64,000 bases of DNA, from the NCBI GenBank assembly GCA_022821065.1, contig JAJEEK010000073.1, positions 8,575 to 72,574 on the forward strand. Reading direction: 5' to 3'. Under the pieces are notes generated by a model. That model was not told where the DNA came from. It saw nothing but the letters and a program-made list of their open reading frames with translations, and searched no databases. Positions 47,716 to 56,616 of the stretch are shown piece after piece; the stretch's first letter is position 1, and each line of letters opens with the position of its first letter. This stretch comes from Candidatus Poribacteria bacterium. Its GTDB lineage: Bacteria > Poribacteria > WGA-4E > WGA-3G. A program made the translations under genes and the position numbers.

Positions 47716-50578
47716 AATGATAGATAAGGCTCTAGGATCGGTTAAAAAGGAAACTGACCGTCAGTATTTCTTTTCTCGACTGAAAAATCCTATGTGGATT
47801 CAACCTCTCGCTGAGCAAGGCTATTTTCAGTCCCCCCCGAATATCAGGCGTTTTGACGATGGTTCTATTCAATTTCCTTTCTGGCCGGAGCTTCATTACC
47901 TCAAAAACGTGTCCAATGAAGCCCCCAATGAGGTTATTAACTTAGTACTGAGTCTTCCCAAAGTTGATAACTCAAGGGTCTACGATGGCATCTTGGATAT
48001 TGCATTGCAACTCCATGGAGAGCAATCTGTGAAACTTAAGCCCAAGATACTAGAATATACAAGTATGGAGCATCAGCTTTTGCCACATAAATACGCAGAT
48101 TTGTTGGCACATTGGGCAGCGGGGAATCAAACATCGGCTGCATTAGAACTCTTAAAGGAACTCGTCGCTTTTGCCCGCCACCCACGATCAGAGGGCAAAC
48201 AGAGACATAGAAAAGAAGATCCGATGAATTTCGGTACCACACTTTATCCATTTCCTCGTTTCAACTCTTGGGGATACTCTGAGATATTGACCAAGGGAGT
48301 TCATCCTCTCGCTGAGAAGGATCCCTACAAAGTTGCTTGTCTCCTCATTCATGCCACGGAGAATATGATTCGCTTGCGGATCCATCAGGCGGATCTTGAC
48401 AAGTCAGCAGACCTTTCCGAAATTTGGTGTCCTCGCCTTCATGAATCAAATAGGAACCATGAAGATCCCGAGAAAGCCCTATCTCATGCCTTGGCCTTTG
48501 CATGCGAAAAGGTATACGAAAAGTCACCCAATACAATTGCCGACTTGGATAGGAGACTGCGAAAGCAACAGTGGAATATTTTCAAACGCCTGCGTCAGCA
48601 CCTTTATGCTCGATATCCAAATGAACAAACCAAACCCTGGATCCGGGAATTGATTCTGGAACGTGAAGATTATGACCAAGCACAACACTCTTACGAATTT
48701 CAGCAGATGATACGACAGGCTTGTGAGCACTTTGGTGAGACATTACTGAGAAAAAAAGAACGTATAGGCATCTTTAACGCTATCTATAGCGGACCGTCAA
48801 AAGAAGATTTCCGTGATTTTATGGGAGAGAAATTTACTGAGGAAGGTTTCCAGAAACGCCAACATTATTTTCATCGGCAGCAATTTAAGCCTTTCACGTC
48901 TGTGCTATTTGGGAAATATAAAACTCACTTCCAAGAGTTGGAAGCTAAAGCCGATGATCCAATTTCTGAAGAGGATTACCTGCCATTTAAAACAGAGGTT
49001 GGATCCGTGTCTAATCGCAGCCCCCAATCCGCTGAGGACCTTGCAAATCTTACAGATGAGGCGTTACTCACCTACATAAACGATTGGGAAACAAAAGACA
49101 AATTTTCTGGACGTGATCCGTTTGTAGAGATAAACATTGAAGCACTCGCCGGTACTTTTCAAACTGTTTTCAAGGAGTCAATTATCCCTGACACGAATAG
49201 ACTCAAGTTCTGGATGAAAAACCGTGAAAGCATTAAACGTCCTATTTATGTGCGGATGATGATTAATGCAATGCAAGCGAGCGTAAAGGAAAAGAATTTC
49301 TACCAACTCAACGAATGGTTAATATTCTGTGAATGGGTGCTTTCACATCCTGACGAAGGGGCAGACACTGACTATATAATCAGCGACGAGTCCAGAGAGA
49401 ATCCACACTGGGCTAATTCACGCCGGGCAGTCACTGACTTCATTGGCGTATGTCTTGAGAAGGATGTAGATGTCCCAATTACTGCACGAGAACAACTCGC
49501 GAAACTCTTGGAAATACTTTGTACGCAATATGATAGGCGATTGGATGAGAATAAACCAACGATCTTGCCCCCTTATGATCCATTCACTGAAGGCATCAAT
49601 AATACGCGAAGCCGGACGCTGGAGAATCTGGTCAAATTCGGTTTCTGGCTGCGGAGACAGGATTCGGATACCGATGTCTCATCAGAAGTAACGACAATCC
49701 TTGAAAAACGCTTTGTCCCGGGAATCGAACATCCCTTGACACTGCCGGAGTATGCCGTTCTAGGTATGAACTACCCTCGGATTGTTAATCTCAACAAAAC
49801 ATGGGCGATCAAGCATAAATCAGGCTTTTTCCCACGGGAGGTGTTATCTATATGGCTAGCAGCATTTGAGAGTCTCGTGAAATATAATGAACCGTCCAAA
49901 ACTATTTTTCAGATTCTTCGAGATGACTTTAATTTGGCATTGGAACATCTGACAGATTTCAAAAAGCGAAACCTCTCTGGAAAAGGACCAATTGATATCC
50001 TCGGAGAACACTTGTTCACCTACTATTTGTGGGAAGTGTATCCACTCAAGGGAGAAGAAAGCCTGCTTGAACGATACTACGAACAAACCAATAGCAATCC
50101 GGAGCATTGGGCTAATTTATTCAATGATATCGGTTATCGCTTGTCAAACAGTGGGGGGCAATTAACTCAAAATCTGAAAGACAGAATAACTGATTTCTTT
50201 AAGTGGCGCTTGAAAGAAAGAGAAGAGACAGAACTTCGGCAGTTTACTTTTTGGCTGGAAGCCGAGTGCCTAGAAGCTGAATGGCGGTTGGATGCCTATT
50301 CCAAGATTCTGGATATCTGTAAAATTGAGGATGGCGGAATTCGGTTAGAAGCGTTATGTAAGATGCTTCCAGATTACACAGCGCAAGTGGTTGAGTGCTT
50401 CGCTAAGCTAACCGATGGAATCAAAGATGACAATATTTACATCCGAACTGAGGAGGCGAAAACTGTCCTGAAAGCTGGTCTGAAAAGCAGTGACGAAAAT
50501 GTACATCGTAAGGCAGAACGGGCCCGTGACAATCTACTCCGGGCGGGCAGATTTGATTTATTGAATCTGGACGATTGA
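47687..50578 (+). CDS. Large predicted alpha-helical hypothetical protein (candidate defence sensor)
   Basis: 963-aa open frame; YFFSRLKNPMWIQPL..GYFQSPP N-terminus; no P-loop or other catalytic motif seen. Confidence 0.8.
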   Translation: MKSWKKPTNEMIDKALGSVKKETDRQYFFSRLKNPMWIQPLAEQGYFQSPPNIRRFDDGSIQFPFWPELHYLKNVSNEAPNEVINLVLSLPKVDNSRVYDGILDIALQLHGEQSVKLKPKILEYTSMEHQLLPHKYADLLAHWAAGNQTSAALELLKELVAFARHPRSEGKQRHRKEDPMNFGTTLYPFPRFNSWGYSEILTKGVHPLAEKDPYKVACLLIHATENMIRLRIHQADLDKSADLSEIWCPRLHESNRNHEDPEKALSHALAFACEKVYEKSPNTIADLDRRLRKQQWNIFKRLRQHLYARYPNEQTKPWIRELILEREDYDQAQHSYEFQQMIRQACEHFGETLLRKKERIGIFNAIYSGPSKEDFRDFMGEKFTEEGFQKRQHYFHRQQFKPFTSVLFGKYKTHFQELEAKADDPISEEDYLPFKTEVGSVSNRSPQSAEDLANLTDEALLTYINDWETKDKFSGRDPFVEINIEALAGTFQTVFKESIIPDTNRLKFWMKNRESIKRPIYVRMMINAMQASVKEKNFYQLNEWLIFCEWVLSHPDEGADTDYIISDESRENPHWANSRRAVTDFIGVCLEKDVDVPITAREQLAKLLEILCTQYDRRLDENKPTILPPYDPFTEGINNTRSRTLENLVKFGFWLRRQDSDTDVSSEVTTILEKRFVPGIEHPLTLPEYAVLGMNYPRIVNLNKTWAIKHKSGFFPREVLSIWLAAFESLVKYNEPSKTIFQILRDDFNLALEHLTDFKKRNLSGKGPIDILGEHLFTYYLWEVYPLKGEESLLERYYEQTNSNPEHWANLFNDIGYRLSNSGGQLTQNLKDRITDFFKWRLKEREETELRQFTFWLEAECLEAEWRLDAYSKILDICKIEDGGIRLEALCKMLPDYTAQVVECFAKLTDGIKDDNIYIRTEEAKTVLKAGLKSSDENVHRKAERARDNLLRAGRFDLLNLDD

Positions 50579-50584
50579 TCAAGG

Positions 50585-50941
50585 CTGTATCTATTCATCT
50601 TGCATCGCCGTCCGACAGAAGAACATGAAGAATTGCAAACACTGGTTCACCAGCACATTCAGGAAACATCCCGCAAAGAGGAGAGAGAAAAAATGGCACA
50701 GACAATGGCTGAATACCTAATTGAACAAGGTGAAAAACAAGGCGAAAAGCGTGGTGAAAGACGTGGTGAAACGCGAGCAAAACGGGAGGATATCCTCAAG
50801 TTGCTACGCCTTCGATTTGATTCGGTTCCCGAATCCGTTGCCAGCAGAATTACCTCAATACGGAGTCTTTCGCGACTTAATACGCTTTTTGATAGAGTAG
50901 CGACGGCTAAAACACTTGATGACATTGATTGGGAAAACTAA
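50585..50941 (+). pseudogene. 3' fragment of an Rpn/YhgA-like (transposase_31-like) gene
   Basis: Frame reads LYLFILHRRP...EQGEKQGEKRGERRGE...LRLRFDSVP with no convincing RBS or start; begins right after the 963-aa stop. Confidence 0.6.
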
Positions 50942-50949
50942 AGTTTACG

Positions 50950-53544
50950 ATGCTTGAGCAATTTTTACATGAACAACTCACTATCGCTTTCAGCTACGGG
51001 GTCCCCAAACCCGAAATACCGGATAGCATCACGCAAAATCTGAATCCTGAATTTGAGTTGCGTCCCTACCAAGAAGACGCTTATGTGAGTTTCGTTCACT
51101 ACTTCAACACCGATCTCCCCGGTAAAGAAAAACCGCTCCACCTGCTATTCAACATGGCAACCGGCAGCGGCAAAACCCTCATCATGGCAGGGCTGATCCT
51201 TTACCTCTATGAGAAAGGCTACCGCAACTTCCTCTTTTTCGTCAATTCTACCAATATCATCGAAAAAACGAAAGACAACTTCCTCAACCCACGCGCCGCA
51301 AAATACCTTTTCAGTCAAGACATCCGTTTTGAAGGGAAGCCGGTCACCGTGACGCAGGTTGACAATTTCGAGGGAGTCAACGAAAACGACATCAATATCT
51401 GCTTCACCACAATCCAGCAGCTCCACACCGATATGACAACACAAAAGGAAGACGCCTTAACTTATGAGAATTTCGTTGAGCAGCAAATTGTGTTGTTAGC
51501 AGATGAAGCGCACCATATAAATGTTAGCACCAAGTCTCAACAAGGGATGCAACTGTTTGAAAGTTGGGAAAACACGGTCGAGCGTATTTTTAAGTCCAAT
51601 AATACCAATCTATTGCTGGAATTCACTGCTACCCACGATTACGAAACACCTACGATGGTAGAGAAGTATCGGAACAAAGTTATCAATCGCTATGATCTGA
51701 TAAACTTTCGGAACGATAAGTTTTCAAAAGAGGTTGTGCTTGTGCATTCCGATTTGGATCAGGACTCACGTATCTTGCAGGCACTTATTCTCAATCAGTA
51801 CAAACAAGAAGTTGCAGCGAAAAACGGCATTAACCTAAAACCCGTCATTCTGTTTAAGGCACAACGGACAATCACACAATCACAAGAAAACAAAGAAAAC
51901 TTTCACAAACTGATTGATGGGCTAACTGGGGACCGACTTCAGGATATTCGGAAATCGCACCTTGAGATTGTTCAACGCGCGTTCCGCTTCTTTGATGAAA
52001 ATAACATGAGTGCTGAGGGTTTGGCGCAACGCTTGAAATCTGAGTTTCAGGAAGCATACTGCCTCTCGGTTAACGATGAAAACGAAAAAAAGAACTATCA
52101 GATGCAAGTCAACACGCTTGAAGACAAAGATAATCCGATCCGTGCAATCTTTGCCGTGCAGAAACTCAACGAAGGATGGGATGTCCTAAACCTATTTGAT
52201 ATTGTCCGTTGCTACGAAGCGCGCGATTCAGGCAAAAACAGAATCGGAAAAACGACAATCTCCGAAGCACAACTTATCGGGCGCGGTGCCCGCTATTTCC
52301 CTTTTGTCCTGCCAGATCACCCAGACCGGTTCCGCCGAAAGTTTGATGAGGAACTCAACCATGAATTGCGCGTGTTGGAAGAATTGCATTACCACAGCAT
52401 TCACGATTCGCGCTACATCTCCGAAATCCGAACTGCACTCATTGAGCAAGGGATGATGGACGAGCGTGTTATAACTCGCGAACTAAAGTTGAAGGACGAG
52501 TTTAAGAAAACCAATTTTTACAAATACGGCGTTATTTGGCTCAATGATCAGGTCCCGAAAGACTATCGACACGTCCAATCCTTTGACAATCTCGCGCCTC
52601 TCAGTGTGAAGCAGAAAAATTATGAATATACGATCCATACAGGTGCCGCAGGTGAAACCACTGTGATGGAAGAGGACACAACACCGATGCAACAAAACGG
52701 CGATGGGTGGGATATACCCGTCGTTGATATTGAACAGAATATTCTTAGATCCGCAATTGCCCGCAATCCGTTCTTCACCTTTGCATCGCTCAAACGGTAC
52801 TGTCCACATTTAACATCCATCCGCGAATTTATGACATCAGAGAATTATTTAGGCAGCTTGGCAATCACTTTCAAGGGAAATCTCGCCTATTTAGAAGAGA
52901 ACCGTCCAGCAAAACTGTCCGCATGTGAAGGGTTGTTAAGTCAAATCGAGACCGAAATTCGGCAACAAATCACTGAATACGAAGGAACAAAACACTTTCG
53001 ACCGAGACATGTCCACGATATTTTTAAAGATAAACTTCTGAAATTCGATGCCCGAAACCCACGCGCCACTATTGATTGGCAGTTTGAAGATCAGGACTGG
53101 TTTCCTTTCAACACGCTTTACGGCACGAGCGAAGAAAAAGTCTTCGTGGATCTGTTAATCAGAAAGATTAAAGATTTAGCCATAGATTACGACGACATCT
53201 ATCTACTTCGCAACGAAATGCATTTTGCCATCTACAACTTCTCTGATGGACAAGCGTTCTATCCCGATTTTGCCTTGTTCCTTCAAGAGAAAAAAGGGAA
53301 AGTGGTATGTTATCAATTTTTCGTTGAACCCAAAGGTAAATTCCTCCAAATGCATGACCAATGGAAAGAAAACTTCATGCGCGATATTACCACCGAATTT
53401 AAGGACAAACTCCTAACATTTGAAAACACAAAATACCGGTTGATTGGTTTGCCATTCTATAATGAAGAAAATGAAAACCCATTTTGGGAAGCTCTTGATG
53501 CTACTTTAACGAATACAAATCATATGCAAGAACAGAACAATTGA
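50950..53544 (+). CDS. res: Type III restriction endonuclease subunit (Res)
   Basis: MATGSGKT, ADEAHH, EFTAT, LNEGWDV, QLIGRGAR, YPDF..VEPKG. Confidence 0.92.
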   Translation: MLEQFLHEQLTIAFSYGVPKPEIPDSITQNLNPEFELRPYQEDAYVSFVHYFNTDLPGKEKPLHLLFNMATGSGKTLIMAGLILYLYEKGYRNFLFFVNSTNIIEKTKDNFLNPRAAKYLFSQDIRFEGKPVTVTQVDNFEGVNENDINICFTTIQQLHTDMTTQKEDALTYENFVEQQIVLLADEAHHINVSTKSQQGMQLFESWENTVERIFKSNNTNLLLEFTATHDYETPTMVEKYRNKVINRYDLINFRNDKFSKEVVLVHSDLDQDSRILQALILNQYKQEVAAKNGINLKPVILFKAQRTITQSQENKENFHKLIDGLTGDRLQDIRKSHLEIVQRAFRFFDENNMSAEGLAQRLKSEFQEAYCLSVNDENEKKNYQMQVNTLEDKDNPIRAIFAVQKLNEGWDVLNLFDIVRCYEARDSGKNRIGKTTISEAQLIGRGARYFPFVLPDHPDRFRRKFDEELNHELRVLEELHYHSIHDSRYISEIRTALIEQGMMDERVITRELKLKDEFKKTNFYKYGVIWLNDQVPKDYRHVQSFDNLAPLSVKQKNYEYTIHTGAAGETTVMEEDTTPMQQNGDGWDIPVVDIEQNILRSAIARNPFFTFASLKRYCPHLTSIREFMTSENYLGSLAITFKGNLAYLEENRPAKLSACEGLLSQIETEIRQQITEYEGTKHFRPRHVHDIFKDKLLKFDARNPRATIDWQFEDQDWFPFNTLYGTSEEKVFVDLLIRKIKDLAIDYDDIYLLRNEMHFAIYNFSDGQAFYPDFALFLQEKKGKVVCYQFFVEPKGKFLQMHDQWKENFMRDITTEFKDKLLTFENTKYRLIGLPFYNEENENPFWEALDATLTNTNHMQEQNN

Positions 53545-53610
53545 ACCTACTAACATCAATTAGGTTTTGAACTACGTGCCTGCTTAAAGCCGAACATCCA
53601 CTGCAATAAT

Positions 53611-53730
53611 AGGACTTACGCATGTTCCTCTTTATGTACCACAATCTGTTAGATTGTGGTTCAAAAACGCTGGATTGGACGAAAGATTTCATCTAACAGA
53701 GCGATTTACATCCGAAATTGCGTAAGTCCT
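53611..53730. mobile_element. Family A 120-bp MITE
   Basis: Perfect TIR; near-identical to the 27531 copy. Confidence 0.88.
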
Positions 53731-53746
53731 AAATAAGATAAAAGAC

Positions 53747-54763
53747 ATGAATCTACCCGTTGGGAAACTCAAACACGATTTCTTAAAAGAGCTGCTGCCC
53801 ACAAGCGACAGGAGCACAGACGTAATTGTTGGTCCACAACTCGGTGAAGATGCCGCAGTCATCAAGTTCGGGGACAACTATCTCGTTGCAACCAGCGATC
53901 CGATTACCTTTGCGACGGAAGATATTGGATGGTACGTGGTATGCGTCAACAGTAATGACATCGCAGCGATGGGTGCCGTACCGAAATGGCTCCTGGTAAC
54001 CCTATTGTTACCGGAAGACACAACACCTGAAATGGTGCGCGACATCATGACGCAACTCACACAAGCATGTGAGACGTTTGACATTGCCCTGTGTGGTGGA
54101 CACACCGAAGTCACACCCGCCGTAACACAACCTGTTGTCGTAGGACAAATGATGGGAGTTGCCTCCAAGGATTCCTTGTTCACTTCGGCGGATGCTCGTA
54201 TAGGGGATGTCTTAATTCTTACAAAAGGACTCGGCATCGAAGCGACTGCGATCATCGCGCGCGAGCGGGAAGCGCAGGTACGTGAGAAATACGATGCCTT
54301 ATTCTTGGAGCAAGCGAAGAACTATCTCACGGATCCGGGAATTTCTGTGCTAAAGGATGCACAAATCGCGATCGCTACCGGCGGCGTACACGCTATGCAC
54401 GATGTGACAGAGGGCGGTGTCGCAACTGCTGTTTATGAGTTAGCGACTGCAGCTGAGTTAGGCGCAGTTGTCTATTCAGATAAACTTCTCGGTTCACCAA
54501 CATTATATAGCCATATAACACGGACACTGTGCGATATGTTCGCGCTGAATCCGATCGGTGTTATTTCATCGGGTGCCATGTTAATCGCAGCAGCACCCGA
54601 AAAAGGCGAAACGATTTGCCAAGACCTTGGTAAAGCCGGTATCAACGCGGGCATTGTCGGAAAGCTATTGCCATCCGAGCGCGGAATGTCGCTGGAAGAT
54701 GCCACCGGTACACGACAACCCCTACCTATTTTTGAGACAGATGAAATCGCTAAACTTTTGTAG
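53747..54763 (+). CDS. AIR synthase/HypE-like family protein
   Basis: GEDAAV, DPITF, NDIAAMGA, GGHTEVT, MHDVTEGG. Confidence 0.85.
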   Translation: MNLPVGKLKHDFLKELLPTSDRSTDVIVGPQLGEDAAVIKFGDNYLVATSDPITFATEDIGWYVVCVNSNDIAAMGAVPKWLLVTLLLPEDTTPEMVRDIMTQLTQACETFDIALCGGHTEVTPAVTQPVVVGQMMGVASKDSLFTSADARIGDVLILTKGLGIEATAIIAREREAQVREKYDALFLEQAKNYLTDPGISVLKDAQIAIATGGVHAMHDVTEGGVATAVYELATAAELGAVVYSDKLLGSPTLYSHITRTLCDMFALNPIGVISSGAMLIAAAPEKGETICQDLGKAGINAGIVGKLLPSERGMSLEDATGTRQPLPIFETDEIAKLL

Positions 54764-54786
54764 CAGTTGGGTAATCCAACCCCTAC
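54760..54786 (+). repeat. GTAG REP-like palindrome supplying the stop codon
   Basis: GTAGCAGTTGGGTAATCCAACCCCTAC. Confidence 0.5.
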
Positions 54787-54852
54787 AAACTATCGTTTGG
54801 GGTCCCTATCGCGGCGTGTAAACATATTTTCGGAACTTATAATAAATAAAAA

Positions 54853-55521
54853 ATGGAAACTGAATTACGAGATTACCCGCTAACGAGTACTATCATCAAG
54901 TTAAAAACAGGTCGGGTTCAACTCACGCTTATAAAAGAACCCGACTGGTTCCTTGAGCAGCTGAGTCGAGAGGACAACGAAGGCAAACTCTACCTTCCGT
55001 ACTGGACCTATCTCTGGGAGTCTTCAATCGCGCTTGCGCGCCATGTAGAGCAACTCAGCACACACTTAAAAAATACAGATGTCTTAGAAATTGGCTGTGG
55101 GTTCGGACTGACAGGGATCGTCGCGTGTCGGATCGGTGCGCGAGTGGTTTTCACCGATATAGAACGAGATGCACTGCACTTCGCATACCATAACGCGGAG
55201 CAAAACGGTGTTAATCAACATGCCGATTTCGTTCAGATGGATTGGAATACACCGTGCTTCAATCGTAAATTCCGCTATATCCTCGCCGCCGATGTCATCT
55301 ATGAAGAACATCACTGGGAACCGATTTTGATGCTACTTCAGAACTGTCTTGCCCCTAACGGTGTCGCTCTCTTTTCTGAACCGAACCGGAACAACGCTGT
55401 CGGGTTTTTCAAACGGCTCAAGACCAACGGTTTTACCTATCAGAAATCTACCGATCCTGTCACATTAGACAAACAAACCTCCCAAGTTTCTATCTATACT
55501 ATACGACGTGCGAAGGCGTAA
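54853..55521 (+). CDS. SAM-dependent methyltransferase (family 16, protein-lysine-like)
   Basis: LPYWTYLWESS, VLEIGCGFG, ILAADVIYE. Confidence 0.85.
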   Translation: METELRDYPLTSTIIKLKTGRVQLTLIKEPDWFLEQLSREDNEGKLYLPYWTYLWESSIALARHVEQLSTHLKNTDVLEIGCGFGLTGIVACRIGARVVFTDIERDALHFAYHNAEQNGVNQHADFVQMDWNTPCFNRKFRYILAADVIYEEHHWEPILMLLQNCLAPNGVALFSEPNRNNAVGFFKRLKTNGFTYQKSTDPVTLDKQTSQVSIYTIRRAKA

Positions 55522-55589
55522 GAACGTTGGCATTGTCGTATCATCTCTAGTCTTCTGTTCCTCCAACATTCAATTTCCTTTCTCCATAT

Positions 55590-55638
55590 TGCCCAAAAAA
55601 CAGGAAAATCGGTTTCCATTCTGCTAAAAAAACAGGCA
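55590..55638 (+). promoter_or_regulatory. Pair of NtrC-like enhancer sites
   Basis: TGCCCAAAAAACAGGAA (55590) and TGCTAAAAAAACAGGCA (55622), 32 bp apart, about 100-145 bp upstream of the sigma54 site. Confidence 0.6.
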
Positions 55639-55732
55639 GCAATTGGTATCCTACGGACAGTCTGTAGGGTTTTTATTTTCTCAAAGCCTGATATGTCCTT
55701 ATATGTCTTACGGAGAACCTCCACCCATACTT

Positions 55733-55749
55733 TTGGCAAGGTTTTTGCT
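55733..55749 (+). promoter_or_regulatory. sigma54 promoter
   Basis: TTGGCAAGGTTTTTGCT (GG-N10-GC). Confidence 0.75.
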
Positions 55750-55808
55750 ACACTAATAAAATAATACGCATTATATTTACGCAGAATTCATTTTGGAAAG
55801 GGTAGAAA

Positions 55809-56411
55809 ATGGAAAAAATCAGCGCAATGCCGAGCGTTTTAATCATTGACAACAATCCGGAACGTGTAATTCTGTTAGTCGAAATCTTAGAAGCGAGTCG
55901 GTATAATGTTTCTGCCCCTTTGCGTTTGCAGAAAGGCGTAGTAGATCAGGTTTCACGCTTAAAACCGGACATCATACTGATTGGTGTCGATTTTCCGGGA
56001 CAGGCGGTACTCGATTGGGTTACAGCACTTTACGAGAGTTACCCGTGTCCGACAGTCATGTTCTCGCGTGATGAGCGACCACAGACGATACAGGCGGCAA
56101 CGCATGCTGGTGTATCGGCGTATGCTGTTGGGAAACTCACCGCTGCCCGCGTGAAAACGATTATTGAAGCAGCTGTCGCAAGGTTCTGTGAATTTCGGGC
56201 ATTGCGACAGGAACTCGAAAAAACGAAACTGGACCTTGCCGAACGTAAAATCATTGAACGTGCAAAAGAGATGGTCGCCCAGCAGCGCGGCTGTACCGAA
56301 GCGCAGGCGTATCAGATTTTGCGGAAAATGGCGATGAATCGTAGAAGACGGCTTGCAGAAATCTCACAGGACATTCTGTCGGCTTCAGAGGTATTGACAA
56401 ACAAATTGTAG
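55809..56411 (+). CDS. ANTAR-domain antiterminator with pseudo-receiver (NasT-like)
   Basis: LAERKIIERAK...AYQILRKMAMN ANTAR motif; receiver has IILIG in place of the phospho-Asp. Confidence 0.88.
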   Translation: MEKISAMPSVLIIDNNPERVILLVEILEASRYNVSAPLRLQKGVVDQVSRLKPDIILIGVDFPGQAVLDWVTALYESYPCPTVMFSRDERPQTIQAATHAGVSAYAVGKLTAARVKTIIEAAVARFCEFRALRQELEKTKLDLAERKIIERAKEMVAQQRGCTEAQAYQILRKMAMNRRRRLAEISQDILSASEVLTNKL

Positions 56412-56495
56412 GAAACATCAAAATTGCGTGTTCAACCTAAAACAGAACAATATATTTCGCGCATAGGCAAAAATTATAAATAATAAAAACACCCA

Positions 56496-56568
56496 GCCAA
56501 CGATGGCCTGGGACCAGACACAGGTGTCTATCTGGCTAAGCATTCTGCTTACCGATGGACACCTTTTT
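56496..56568 (+). promoter_or_regulatory. ANTAR dual-hairpin RNA element overlapping an intrinsic terminator
   Basis: GCC-AACGAT-GGC and GAC-ACAGGT-GTC (A1/G4 hexaloops); terminator GGTGTCTATC/GATGGACACC + T5. Confidence 0.85.
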
Positions 56569-56616
56569 AATTTTTATTCACCCAATAGGGCAGCTATTTC
56601 TAAAGGAGATTCAAAA

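Noticed and set aside
56503-56616. Longer nirA start at ATG 56503
   Set aside because: It lies within the ANTAR hairpin/terminator; GTG 56617 has an AAGGAG RBS
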